Shown: positions 25,440-38,699 of the stretch, in pieces
Layout of the letters: each line of letters opens with the position of its first letter
How positions within the stretch are numbered: position 1 is the first letter of the stretch
Source of the DNA: Epiperipatus broadwayi
Taxonomy: Eukaryota > Animalia > Onychophora
Reading direction: 5' to 3'
Assembly (NCBI GenBank): GCA_028023455.1
Contig: JAQFVV010000006.1
Coordinates: 8,184,001 to 8,248,000 of the forward strand
DNA length: 64,000 nt
The notes under the pieces: model-generated
Told to the model about the DNA's origin: nothing
The model's database searches: none
Seen by the model: only the letters and a program-made list of their open reading frames with translations
Program-made: the position numbers and the translations under genes

Positions 25440-27924
25440 AAAAGACAATGGAACTTTTCATTTAAGCATGCTTTGGAGCATTCTTAAAAAACATACAAAT
25501 TGGTCTCTTTTTCTGCTTTCTAGATGTGATGCTACACAATTTACTACTGTAAAGGCATGCCTTCATTGGATTTTTGTTATTTTACACTGAACCTACTGTA
25601 GTTTTCGTGGGAAAGACAGATCTCATTACCTTTTACAGAATTATCTTGAAGATATTCTAAAGAAAATAATGACTGTTTTCATTGGGATGATATGGATGGT
25701 GGTAGAATATAATAGAAAACTAACACAAGGGAACATGTTAAACTATTTTAAAAAGTAATATTTATAACAAAGACTTAAAAGCAACATCACAAGATGTCAA
25801 ATAATTAAAAAAACAACCATATGATATTTGTTAACGAATTTGTAATTCATAGATTAACTTTATCTAATTTTTTTTTCTGGAATTTGCAAGAATTTCTAAG
25901 AATGCACTAGAAATAATTAATTCTATTTACTTTGTCATAGAATTATATATTGCATATATGAGTAATCAATTGACATTACTCCAAACAATGGATTTTCACC
26001 CACACCTCTAACAATCACCTATAATTCTTTTTATCTATCCAAGCTAATAACCTGAAATTTAAAAACAACCTAAGATTGTGAACTCACACTAGCAGGCTTC
26101 CATAGTTGTATAAGTCTGACATTAACACGATCACTTGATATTTTAATGTTATCAATTTTATTCTGTCGGCCCTTTTGATCTTAAGGCAGAGGGAATATGT
26201 GCTTAAAAATAACATCACATGACCTTTCCTACTTACTTTCGATATCTACATTATTATTTTACCCAATGACCGAAAAATCTACTGAAAGTTTAATTAGCTT
26301 ACATGGATGGCAGCACAACATCTAACATCATGGGCCACTTTTGGGCTGATAAACTTCATCAGCTGGATAAAAATGAAACTTTATCAATTAAGTTTACTAT
26401 ATATTTCAAATTATTTATTGATAAGTTTAATTGATCATGTACATGTCCAGTAACATTTTAATCCAAATTACATTTCAGATTGATAATGTTCATAGTTATG
26501 GTTGTGTGAATTAAACTATATAAAGATGTTACATGCTGAATATATATATATAATCAATTATATCCTGATGCCTCTTTTTAATAATCAGAATCTGATAACA
26601 ATAATTGAATGGTTTATTGCTCAGGAATTTTTAAAAATTCAAGAACCAGTATGACTGAAGCCACAATTTTAGGACATTGAGGTCTAGACTTTGCCGATCT
26701 ACTACTGTACTAAATCAGGCATGGCAAATATAAATGGTTTGTTGCTCAAGATTTCATAAAAGATTTGTGCATTGGAAAGAAGAGCATGGAACCTAGAGTC
26801 CACTTGCACTAACCGTAAAAAGCAATGAGAATGATTATTCATGAAAATAAATGGATATAATTTGTTTGAAAAAAGTTTAATTAAAGATTTTAATGTTATT
26901 TTTTTGAAGTTCCATTACTTGCTCAAAACAAAAAACATAATAAATGAGTTTTCTAAAATAAATGATACTTTCCTTTTTAATTACAGCAGTTTATAAGTAT
27001 GTTCTCCTATTATAAGAGGCAGGAAATCTAAGGTATAGCAAAAGATGAAAAACTCAAAGATGTTTTTTTTTTTTTTTTTGCATAAATAAAGTTGTCTATC
27101 ACATCAGCTGTCAGGTTTAATAGAAGATTCAATCTGCTTTTTAAGTATGTTTGTATTCGTTTAAAAACTTGACAGTTATGATCTGAAAACATATTCCTTA
27201 GAATGACAGCGTTTTTGTGCAAAAATATTCTCCAATTGCTTGAAGAATATATATTAAATAAACAACAATTAAAGAAATTCCTGCTTTGGTAATCTATGAA
27301 AATTTAAGATGGTCATATGATTATAGGGTTATTTTGACAAAATCGGCAGAAAATGTAAAATAATTGAGTTTTTTTTTTTTTCAAGAGGACTCACTGATAT
27401 CAGATCAAATTAAATAAGAGCCATTTTGTTCATATATGCATTTGGCAGGTTATTATAGTACAGGTAGACCGCTGGTAATCCAAAATCCCTAGTTCGAGAG
27501 CTTTTTTGGATTAATGAATTGTTTCTTTCATTTTTCAACATTTGACCTTTTCTCTCACATCATAAACCCAAAGTTTTGTTTTAAGTAAACATTAATGTGG
27601 CTGTCTATAGTTAGTATATATCAAAATACTTTTAGTACGCTGCATAAATTTATTGCATTTATAAAATTATAACACTTTACAGAAAAAAAATATGCTTATA
27701 TTTGTAAGTGCAAAATTTTTAAATATTTGATAATTTTGTCCAGTTAAAATAAGTAATTATATATCATTTAGAATAAGGGTACTCCACTTGTTTTTCAGCT
27801 CAAAAATGAGATCTGAGCATTTTCCCGATAATTTCAGAAGGTAATTATCTAATATTGAAAATTTTAAGCCAACTTTATATTAGATGAAACACATCTAAAT
27901 AAAAAACTTTCTAATAATATACAA

Positions 27925-28515
27925 AATTGTATGTTATAAAGCATAACACTACCTGAAAAATTAAAGAGAATATTCAAATCACGCTTCCAAATCTTAAGTT
28001 ATGTCAGCAAGACCCTCTGTAAATAAACATAAAGTCTGAACGTAAAGCAGCCAATCTTAAAAGGATATCCCTCTTAAGGCTTATGCTGCAAATTAAAGTT
28101 ATACATTGAGATTCAGAGCTAATCAAACAAAGAGTATGAAATTAAATTGGTAACAATCTTTAAATGCTAGTTAACAAATATGTTTAGCTTACATATAGAA
28201 AGAAAGACTATATAACATTATTCACTTTTGAATTTTGCTAACCCCGAATGTAAAAATATAAAAAAAAATATTATAAAGCATAACACCAGCTGAAAATTAA
28301 ATAAAAAATATTCAAATAACCCTACCAAATATTAAGATATTTCCACCATCCCCCCGCTGTGAATAAATATAAAGTCTGAGCCTCAAACAGCCAAACTCAA
28401 AAGGATACCTCTTGTATGTCTTATTCTTTTGAGTTTGGTTGTTTGAGGTTCAGACTTGATATTTATTCACAGAGGGCGTTGCTGAAATATCTTAGCATTT
28501 GGAAAGATTTGAATA
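27925..28515. repeat. Direct repeat (27925-28075 / 28270-28410) followed by an inverted copy (28425-28515)
   Basis: ttataaagcataacac..tgaaaa..aatattcaaat..taaagtctga..cagccaa..aaaaggata occurs twice, then ttttgagtttggttgtttgaggttcagacttgatatttattcacag in reverse. Confidence 0.75.
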
Positions 28516-29029
28516 CAGAATTTTATGCATATATGTATGTATGTATGTATGTATATATAATATTAATAGGAGAGATCAAATTTTAGCTTGTAAATGCTGT
28601 AAGCCCCCCAGTGCCAAAGTTATCCGCATAATTTTCCAACCTCGTAAAGGTGTTTAAATTAGGCAATAGCATTATCGAGAGCAAAAATTTAAATTACCAG
28701 AAATGTCTACATAGGATCACTCAAATCAGTTTATAATCTAATTTACAAAGTTTAAAGTTATTTATTACTCATTTTATATTATAAGTCTCTGTGAGTGAAG
28801 TTAAGAGCAAATCTGCTCATTTGAATTGCTTAATTTAAACATCCATATAAGATCTTGGAAAATAAATGAAAATGATTTATTTTCATTCATTAACATTAGT
28901 AGCTTTGGAAATAAAGAATATTGCATTGATATTATCAGTGGTTAAAAGCTAGAAAGTTATCAATCCAATAAATATCATTTGATACTGTCTAATTTACCTA
29001 TATATATATATATATTTACCTATTTGATG

Positions 29030-30215
29030 AGGTTTACTTAAACTTCTAGGAATATATAAATATCAATCTTTTAAAGTCTTGTGTCAGTTCTCTTGGTTAT
29101 ATTAAGATCTTAGACCAGAATGAAAGTGGAATCCATATTTTACTTATAGAGGTTGCCTTGACAGCCAGATATTGTGCAAAATCTGGTTTAATTAGTGTGA
29201 AGCTTTTAAAAATGACTACACTGTTTTCAAATTAGTTTATATTTGCCTGCTTTCTGATCTAGTTTTAAAGCATACTTTATTGTAAATAAAAGATTATACT
29301 ATACTGCAGAGATAAGGACATTACATTATATGTTATGGTTTAGTTTGAGGTGTTTTGGGTTATTTCAATGATGCTGCTACCACTTTCATTTTCTTTAATG
29401 TCATATGGACTTTGCAAAATTTGAATATAAAACAAGCCAATAATATCTGATTGGTAGATTATGTAACCATTCTGACTGTGTGCTTTATATTAGTATTTTG
29501 AAAAGAAAATTTGTAATTTTCAGTAATTTATTTAAGCTTATTTATGCAATATATTTGAAAATATTTATTTAAAACTAAAAATCTTCATGATTACAATTTA
29601 TTTGAAAATATTTGCTTTTAAAAAGTTAAGTCATAAAAATATAATTATATCTAACAAAACGGAAGACATTTTCACTGGCATTCATAAATACGGGTAAAGA
29701 AATTTCTTGCAAAATTTAAATAATAATAAATTTAATTTAGAATTTTAAGACATCTTTTTGTTCTTTTATATCTCAATTAAAATTCATTTCTATTTTTAAA
29801 ATGGCATTCAAATAAAAAATATTTCATCCTACAATTTTTATGAATAGTCAAGAATATGGTCCAATAATGAAAAGAGCCGTTTTATAGTTAAGAATTATAT
29901 TAAATATTTTATTCATCTATTTTGTAAAATTCAAATATTATCTTTTAAAATGTCAACCATCTGAAAGTTTACATTTGTAATAAATAATGTAAAGACTATT
30001 AATGCATGATATAGAAAAAAGCTTAATTGTAAAAATAAAATATTGTAAATATAAATGAAGTTGTTCAAATAAGAAATAGATGAGTTGACATTGAACAGGT
30101 TAACAGTGTTTATTTAAACTTCTAGGAATATAAAAATTCCAATCTGTTAAAGTCCTGTGCCAGCTCTCTGCTTATATTAAGATCTTAAACCAAAGTGAAT
30201 ACTGGATTCATGGTT
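29030..30215. repeat. Two ~105 bp direct repeats (29030-29140, 30110-30215)
   Basis: aacttctaggaatata..caatct.ttaaagtc.tgtg.cag.tctct..ttatattaagatctta occurs twice. Confidence 0.7.
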
Positions 30216-30859
30216 TTGATAAGGTAGTGCTGTTAGCATGTGATTATATATACATGTACACACACTGTATTTCACCCAAACAAGTAGCATTTTACACACC
30301 TAAATTCAAATCAATATATGAAATAAATAATGATTATAAGACTTACTTTTCTACCACAATCCTTTTGAACTATAATACTAACAAAGATTTTAAAGGATTT
30401 TTTATATAATAGTGAGATAGATATTTCCCAGATCAGATCTGAATTATTGCTTGAAATACCAATGACCAGGTTGATATTGACTATTTTGGTCATACCATGA
30501 GGTGATCTAATTCAGTAGAAAAGTAAGTAATACTTAGGATGTTTAGTGTTGAAAGAAGAAAAAAGTGGCTTGTAATGAGATGGATGAAGTCCATTGTTAA
30601 AGTAATAAATGAACTAGATCCAATTTAATTTTTGGATAAAAAAAAAGAAAGAAGATAATTCTACATTTTTTTCAAAAATTGTAAAGCTTTTGTAAACCTA
30701 AAAAAACATATTGACTTTTCAAATCCAGTTATAAATATTAGAATTCAAATGTTTAGGCACATTCAAATGTTCACTCCACATGATAATCTGGATCTTATTC
30801 ATATCCTAAAAACTTTATAGACAACAAGATATGATGCAGGTTTTCATAATAAAAAATAT

Positions 30860-30940
30860 AAGTGATCAGGTGGGTCAGCAATATGAGGTGGCACTGAGAG
30901 TAGTGGGTCGTGTGAAAGTCTGAGTTCGAATCCCGCATAT
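30860..30940 (+). mobile_element. tRNA-like segment of family C (A/B-box-like)
   Basis: TGGGTCAGCAA (A-box-like) ... GAGTTCGAATCCC (B box, 30922-30934). Homologous to the 3' ends of the family C copies. Confidence 0.6.
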
Positions 30941-32069
30941 ATTACATATATAAATACAGATTTAAGCCTGTATAATGTAATAAGAGGATTTCAAAACTAA
31001 TTTATTTTCTGTTCCTTATGTTGACTGTTTTGGTACGGGAGGCAAATTAAAAAAAAGATCTCACCTATTAATAATAATAATATATACATAAATACAAACA
31101 TTAAAAGCATAAAGCTAGTCTGATTGAGTTGTGAATTTGGAGTAATTTTGATTATATATAAATACATACATACAGTAATATATATTATTAGAAAGTTTCT
31201 AATTTAGAAGTGATTAAATTAATGTAAAGTTTGATTAAAATTTTTGATTTTGGCACATTTTAAAATTTTATTCATTATGTAAATTAAATGTTGAGAATTT
31301 GAAATTCGGATTTTATTATTAATTTCCCTGGAGAATTTTTTTTCCCCTTTACCAAGAGATGGGTTTCATTAATTAACGAGCTTATATAATCATTATCTTA
31401 TACCTGTAAGCTTGAGGATAATTGTGAAGATAATATCAGAAATGTTTATAATTATTTTGCATTTCTAATCGACTTATTAGTATGTAATCAAAATCACAAT
31501 CTAGCTTGAGAATAGGATGGGGTTTGGCACGGACATAGTTGCAGAGTTCTGACAAACTCTTAGAAAAGCATTTTATAAATGAAATGATCTTTAGCACATA
31601 TAGACAAAAAAAACAAACATTGCAGACATTAAAAATACCTCTTAAATTTTTTTAAATAATAACGAAAATTGAATTACACAAAATTACGAAATAATAATAA
31701 TAAACGTTATTAAATATAGTAATACGTATATATTAAGACCATGCGCTTGAAAAACGACAGTAGGGACCTCTACAAAAATCTTAACAATATTTATTTAAAA
31801 GACAAGTTATTAAAATATTTATTTTATTCCATTTATGCCGAATTTTAAAAAGTTATATATTGAAATCATTATTATGTATATATTTACACTGATACTTATC
31901 CCTTATACTAAAAAATGAAAAGCAAAATACTTAAGTTTGTTAGAATGTTTACGTAAGTGCATGTACTATTTTACCCATGTGCACAAAGTTTTCCATATCT
32001 CAGACTTATAAAATCGTTATAATTGACTATTATGAAAAGGTAAAATTGAAGTTCAAACATTTTATAATG

Positions 32070-32430
32070 TAGGCACTAGGATGAGCATGGCCAAAAATGA
32101 ACTTTCATCGAGTCAGCCAAAGTGAAAAGGTTAGAAAAATGGGTATCCTTATGCTGGAGAAGGTGCCCTCCTTGATTGCATCTAGAATGATTAAGGCATC
32201 TCTAATGTCCAGCGTCACTTTTCACAGATGAAAGATCTGATTGGACTAAGGAAGAGACAGGAATACAGTAGATGTTGCAACATATTCATGATAGAGATCG
32301 TCTGCTAGCTCCGGACTGGCTTATCATGAATCTTTGGCCAGAGTATCACTGGTGGGCGGATAAGTGTCCATCACGCTAGTGATGCTTAATGTCTACTGCA
32401 AGATCTTCCTAAATCGTCTTTCATGATTCT
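32070..32430 (-). pseudogene. Degenerate L1/Tx1-like LINE ORF2 3' fragment
   Basis: Translates with stops to KVTLDIRDAL...SIRIPIFLTFSLWLTR*KFIFGH, matching KVSLDIRDVL...SIRLSIFLTFTLWLTRCKLMFGH of ORF 62826-63116. Confidence 0.75.
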
Positions 32431-35417
32431 GTAAATATTTAGTCTTGTATAAATAATTGTCTCAATTGTTAAAATAAATATTTTAATATAAAAAAAAAAA
32501 ACATTTTAGAATGTAAAGTATTCAATTTTTAAGACATTCCAGTTTGAATTCGAACCCCTAGATCGTGGGCAAAATGGAACAGACGGGTACTACTAAATCA
32601 CTAAACCTTGTATTATATTTCATTTACATATAAAGCATTTGTTTTTTTGTTTTTTTAGGCATATGCAACAGGATAAGATTAATGGACAGCGAAGAATTTA
32701 CCTTTCCAGCTCCTGCTTCACCTCTCCATTAAGTAGAAACGTAATTTTACATATACATTTATAATAATATATTCAGATTTTAATCTCTTTAACAAAAATA
32801 TATTATTTATAATCGAAATTGTATTTTTTTTTTTGTATCACCGCTAATATATATATCTTTTAATTTTAAATCATTAAAAAAATGTAGATATTTCTTTTAT
32901 AGGCATTAACATCATGGAGGCTTCATCCTTATCCATTTCAAGATATTTCATAAGCTTTTATGCTCGGAGATCGTTTTTACTTTTGGAGAAAAATAAATTA
33001 AATAAAGATTCAAAATAAAATTTATTTAAGACTATTAATAGCAACAAAATGGACTTTAAAAGCAATTTCATTTTCGGAGAATTTTTTTATTTTTATTTTT
33101 TTATATAAAACTAGTAATAGTAAACAGAAGCAAAAATTGAATATAAATGAGATGAAGGTTAAAAATACATACATATAAGCTCGCGCAAAAAATATTTCGT
33201 AAACAATCGACAATAATATTCATCATATGGTTAGTTCGTCGAGAGGTCATGACGCTTGAGCACTAAAATAGCCTTCCACTAAATAATCAAATAATCAAAT
33301 TCGTTACCGCTAGGGAGTTCTTATAAGTTTGTGCACCGGCAAGTGACAGCCACAAACCACAGAATTTGTCAGACTTTGAAGATAACGACTTTAGATTGAT
33401 TCTTGTTCTGGCACTTGGGTATTTGAACTTGTCTGCTATCCTATCGCTGCATTAGGATAATAATTGAACTGCTTTATTGCATGGGAGTTTATAAATAGTT
33501 CTAATACCTAATTGTCAGAACTGGTATCAATCTAAGGTCATTATCTCCAATGTCTGATACTCTATCTCTGAAGTATGATTAAATAAAGAGATTTAAGCCC
33601 TGGAGTCATGATTCAAAGACTCCGAGCTCCAGCATCAGCCTTACTACTACACTAATCCACCCAATTGATCCACAGTTAGTTGCTATTTTCTACTCAGCTA
33701 GAATTCTTTGGCTCTTGTGCCCACTACTTTATTAAAATACTAAAAATCACATAGGGAAAACAATTAAGATTAGATTTAACCAATATCTTGAATCCTTAAT
33801 AATAATTGATGTGATATAGACGAAAATCCAAAGTGGGTGGGTGGGGTGGCTATTCCCTTGCCCAAATGTTAAACTATTTTATTTGTTATATACATATTAA
33901 AGATCAAAGATTTTGCCTAATATAGGCGCAAGTAGATCTCGTAAACATCTAATACACATCAAAATTATACTATAAAAAATAAACCTACAAATCTTAAAAA
34001 GTAACATGATTTATTGAGATCAGGAAGCACACCTAAATGATTTTAAAAAATCGTTTCAATGTTCTATAATGTAAAGTAAAGAGCAGGTAAAGCATCACAT
34101 GAATTTTCTGAGCTTATCTTAACATATGAACTAGAAGCAATAACCCATTCCATTAAAACTAGTATAGAACTGAAAGATCAAAGATGTCTATAGTTAGCCT
34201 ATAATTGAGTTCATTAAAATCTTTAATTACTGGTGCAACATCAGATGTGAATAACATGCAAGTATATTGGCTTGGATTTAAAATCTTAAAAGTGTTTGAA
34301 TCTCAGTTCATAAGCTTGAATGGAATAATGGCTGCTGAATAGGTGTCTGAAAATCTAGTGATTCTAAGAAAAGCCAATAAAAGAAATCTCTACTCTTGGG
34401 GATTTGGTGTTTCCATCAATCTTACAATCAGCAGCTCTGAAGTAAACTACGGACTACTAACACCTAATGCGAAAAATGCAAGAAAATATATAAAATGAAA
34501 TTCAAGTGCATGTGATTTGGATAAGGCACATAACTCCAAATAATAATGATACTACATTCAACTTCTAAACTTATGCCTTGGGTTTGAATCCATAGGGTCA
34601 ATTTGAAAAAGTTTACAGATTCTAATCAGCTTTAGACATTTTCTTCATGGCCGACTCAGACAAGCATCCAATAATGTTTAGTAAATGGGCATCTAGCTAT
34701 TCTGATATCCAGACAATTTACAAACCTAAGAGGCAATAATGCTCTTTCCTTATTTTGTTATGCTATGAGAAGCTGCTGCAAAAGTCTATTTAAAATCTTG
34801 GATTTACTTTATGTGATTGTATGATTAGATTCTCATGAGACTATAAGACCTTAGAGGCCCCAAATGGTCACTTGAACACAAAAGTTTTGTTCACTTAATG
34901 ATATCATTAAAGTTTTATATATACTGTATATTAAAATGCATGAAAATCAGAAATACAATGTAATACATTTGAAGTGAAATATATTCACATTACAGTCTAC
35001 ACAATATCAGCTTTTAACACTTCTTCCTAAATTCTATTGAATTTCCATTTCTACAACTCACCAAGACAATTATGCAATATTCATGAGGAATATAATGCAG
35101 TTTGCATAAAGATCATCCATATACTGAAACATTTTTCTTTCCATTTAAACAAGAAATTATAGAATATTGTAAATAAAGATATTTATAACAAAGAATAACT
35201 AATTTTAAAATATAAACTATTAAAACAACATCACCATCTACATCACTTCCATGTATAGGTGCAATGACAGAGTGGAAGATTTTGAATCCCAAAGTCTATG
35301 AATCGAGTTCAGATCTGCCACTCCTGGTTTCAAATTTATGAACTGAAAGACAATCAATTTTTTTTTCTATATGATCTACAACAAAGTTTTTAAGAGTCAT
35401 TTGAAGAAGATGATAAA

Positions 35418-35660
35418 TATAAATACAATTTATCCAAACCACTTCAAACACTTTTTGGCAAAATTCTTTATTTGTACATATACATACACCTATGCTTTTT
35501 TAAGAGTCTTAAATAAGCTGGCTCTAAAGAAGACTGCAAGTCAGTCGAAATGTTGGTGTATGTATATGTACAAATAAAGAGTTTTGCTAAAAAGTGTTTG
35601 AAGTGGTTTGGATAAATTGTATTTATAGGATATTACAGCAAAATAAAGAAAAGTGTGATT
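35418..35660. mobile_element. Family B fold-back element with HHR motif (35520-35557, +)
   Basis: Inverted arms tataaatacaatttatccaaaccacttcaaacacttttt..; GGCT CTAAAGA A GACTG CAAGT CAGTC GAAA TG TT GGT (G5 mutated). Confidence 0.75.
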
Positions 35661-35737
35661 ATGTAGTGGGGGAAATGCAATGAGGTTTTAGGTCAGATAG
35701 GCATATAGGAGATAGTTTATTTGTAGTTACACAACTT

Positions 35738-36694
35738 ATGGATATGAGTAGGAATTCAGGTAGACAGTTATATATGAGTTTTATAGATATAGAGAAGGCA
35801 TATGATAGAGTGAATAGAAATAGATTATGGATAAGTTTAGCAAATCTGGGAATGGATGAAACTTTAGTGGGTGTTATTAAGAAATTATATGAAAATAATT
35901 ACTATACATATCAATTAGGGGATATAGAATCAGTTAAAGTTAAAAATGGGGTGGGACTGAGGCAAGGATGCCCTATGTCACTTATTTTGTTTGTGTTGTA
36001 TTTGAGTGAAATGGAGAGAGCAATAGAAAGACTAGGAAGAGTGATAGAGATACTGTTAATAGGTGGCAAGAGAGTATATACATTGTCAGGTCTTTTTTTT
36101 GCAGATGATGTCTTTTTGGGTGCAGAAAGAAGAGAAGATATGGAAGTTATGCTGAGGACATGTGCAAGGGTGAGTAAAGATATGGGGATTAAATTTAGTG
36201 AAGAAAAATCAAATATAATGATGGTGAATACTGGGGAAAGAGAAGACAAAGATTTCTTATTGGGGGATATAAAATTAAGTGTGGTGAATAGATATAGTTA
36301 TTTGGGAATTATCTTGAGTAGTAAGAAAAATTCCTTGAATGAATTGGAGAAAAAATTGATAAATGAAGCAAAGAAAAAAAAGGGATTGGTAAAGAAATTA
36401 ACAATGTTTTCATATAATAAATATGGTGTAGCTAGAATTGTATGGAAGGGAGTTGCAGTAGCAGGGTTAACATATGGCAATGATGCATTATGTGTTAGTA
36501 AAGGGGTATTAGATTACTTAGAAAAAGTACAAAGGGAAGTAGGAAGACATGCATTAGATGCAGAGGTGTGGATAGCAAAGAAGGCAATTCAAGAAGAAAT
36601 GGGATGGTCAAGTTTTTATATGAGGGATGCAAAAAGCAAATTGAAAATGTTTGGTAGATTGCAGTTTATGGATAATAAAAGAATAGGCAAATAG
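35738..36694 (+). CDS. LINE reverse transcriptase fragment
   Basis: 318 aa ORF with non-LTR RT motifs; the frame extends upstream to GEMQ*GFR. Confidence 0.9.
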   Translation: MDMSRNSGRQLYMSFIDIEKAYDRVNRNRLWISLANLGMDETLVGVIKKLYENNYYTYQLGDIESVKVKNGVGLRQGCPMSLILFVLYLSEMERAIERLGRVIEILLIGGKRVYTLSGLFFADDVFLGAERREDMEVMLRTCARVSKDMGIKFSEEKSNIMMVNTGEREDKDFLLGDIKLSVVNRYSYLGIILSSKKNSLNELEKKLINEAKKKKGLVKKLTMFSYNKYGVARIVWKGVAVAGLTYGNDALCVSKGVLDYLEKVQREVGRHALDAEVWIAKKAIQEEMGWSSFYMRDAKSKLKMFGRLQFMDNKRIGK

Positions 36695-36735
36695 TATTTA
36701 ATTGGGTTACAAGTAAAGGGCAGACAACAAGATGG

Positions 36736-37341
36736 GTGAGAAAGGTAATGTGGTATGCAGAAGATTTGGATAAAGAATTTATGGCAGTATACTTGTACAA
36801 AAGGTGGCATAATTGTGTTAGGAGGATTGTTGAGTGTTATAGGAGTAAGGAGTGGGATAGAAGAATAGATGCATTAATAAAAAATAGGGAGTTGGAGAGA
36901 TGGAGAACTAGCATGGAGAGTAAAATGAGTTTAAATATATATATATATATATATATAAGTAAATGGAACATTGGGTGTGAGTTAATTTATGATAACAGTA
37001 AAGAAAGTAGTTTATTGTTTAAGGCTCGAATGGGATCTTTAGCAACAAGAGAATATACACATAAATTGAAAAATATGGGTGATTTAGTCTGCAAGTTGTG
37101 TAAGGAAGGCATAGAAAATATTAGGCATCTGTTACTTCAATGTAAATGCTTGGAAGCAGAAAGGGTACAAATAATGAAGTTATGGAAGATTAAATATGAA
37201 CAAAGTGATTATACAGAAAGTGAGTTATTGGTTTTTATGCTAGGTTTGGGAAAAGACAAGGGCAATTTAGATATGAAGGTCATGGAGTTGACAAAGATTA
37301 TGTTGTGGAAATGGAATGGAGCAGATTATGGAAAAACTTAG
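36736..37341 (+). CDS. LINE ORF2 C-terminal fragment with zinc-finger-like CxxC...HLLLxC
   Basis: 201 aa ORF; an in-frame (AT)n expansion encodes IYIYIYI. Confidence 0.8.
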   Translation: MRKVMWYAEDLDKEFMAVYLYKRWHNCVRRIVECYRSKEWDRRIDALIKNRELERWRTSMESKMSLNIYIYIYISKWNIGCELIYDNSKESSLLFKARMGSLATREYTHKLKNMGDLVCKLCKEGIENIRHLLLQCKCLEAERVQIMKLWKIKYEQSDYTESELLVFMLGLGKDKGNLDMKVMELTKIMLWKWNGADYGKT

Positions 37342-38699
37342 GGTGGACAACGGAAAGGGAATGTAAAGTGGCTAACAGGTTTCTCTGGGTAGCTGCTGAG
37401 AGATTCGTGACTCCGTTTAAGGAGAAGTCACAGTGCATCACATCACATGAAAAAGATAAATTAAACAATTTTTCTTTTAAATATATAAGTCTAATTGCCA
37501 GACTTTTTAATCAAAATTACAGATGAAAAAGCATATTATGATGCTGATAATCTAAAGTGGCTATGATTATGGAGCAATAAAAATCTGAAAGTGCTAAGCC
37601 TACATAAATTGTTATATAGAAAAGTTTCACTGCAATGCATCAGCATATTGTTAATAAACACTGATAGTAATAAATATATACCATTATTAAGACAACTTAA
37701 TCAATTTGAAAGGATTTTCATCTTAATGGGAAATCAAACATTTCAAATGTTATAAAGCTTTCTAACTGTCCACCAATGTATCTTGCAGTGCAAAATACAT
37801 AACATCAGTTGAAATAACTTCAAAAACAATCAAAACAAATAAGTAGTCTTCTTCACCCTTGGCAAGAAATTTGAATTTTTTTTTCTCAAATCCTCATTCT
37901 GATATCAATCGAAAGCCTTCATCTGCTTCTTTTATCTTAATTATCTCTGTTCTTGAGTTATCCTTTTTGAACTAAACTGACCAAAAAGCTCATTTTTCTA
38001 AATCAGCATTTTATTATTACAAATACCAAATATCTGCTAATTCAAATTAAAATAGTCAAAATTATACTTTATATAAGAGTATTTCAGTCTCCACTCACAA
38101 ATCTGTTTTTCCAATTCCCAACTTTTGCGAAACTAAAATGACAATATACAAATTTGTATGCAGAAATTTCCTAAAGACTTTGCATTCTGACAGCTTCTTT
38201 CATATATAGACAACTTCAGCATAAGATGGTCAATAGATTCCTTAAAATGTCTTATTCCAAAAAACAAAACCCAGGGTTAGGCTCCCAAAAGTTAAAAAAA
38301 AAACTAAACTATTTGCATTTTATAACTAAAAGAAATACATTTATTAAAACAATAATTGATTGAAAGTATTACCATCATGTTTTCTTTGACATTACTACTA
38401 ATCAGCATTAAGTGAGCATTTTCATGTACACTCAAATGAAAAATATCAACTGAGACAGTACAGTGTTTGCTCTTAAAAAACTCTCATCACATCCCTAGTT
38501 ATAAGGAAATTTCCCTAAATGGCAAAACTTGTTGTATGAATGCTGTGATACAGGATGAGTTTCTCCAACTCTTGAACTATGTTAGAGCAAATCAGTGTTG
38601 TAGGAATCTTGATAATAAGGGGATTGTGTTGTAAGAATGCCATGCTATAGGGAGGTTACCTGTATATATAATTATACTTATCTTGATACATTTGCAATT

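Larger units (their letters stand above)
35661..37447 (+). mobile_element. 5'-truncated non-LTR retrotransposon (LINE), RT plus C-terminal CCHC
   Basis: RT motifs FIDIEKAYDRV, GLRQGCPMS, FADD, YSYLG; C-terminal CKLC..ENIRHLLLQC. 3' UTR hairpin GTGACT..AGTCAC and (CATCA)n tail. Stop plus frameshift at ~36694-36720. Clade not assigned. Confidence 0.9.

Noticed and set aside
35911-36810. Minus-strand ORFs over the LINE
   Set aside because: Antisense artefacts of the compositionally skewed RT frame.
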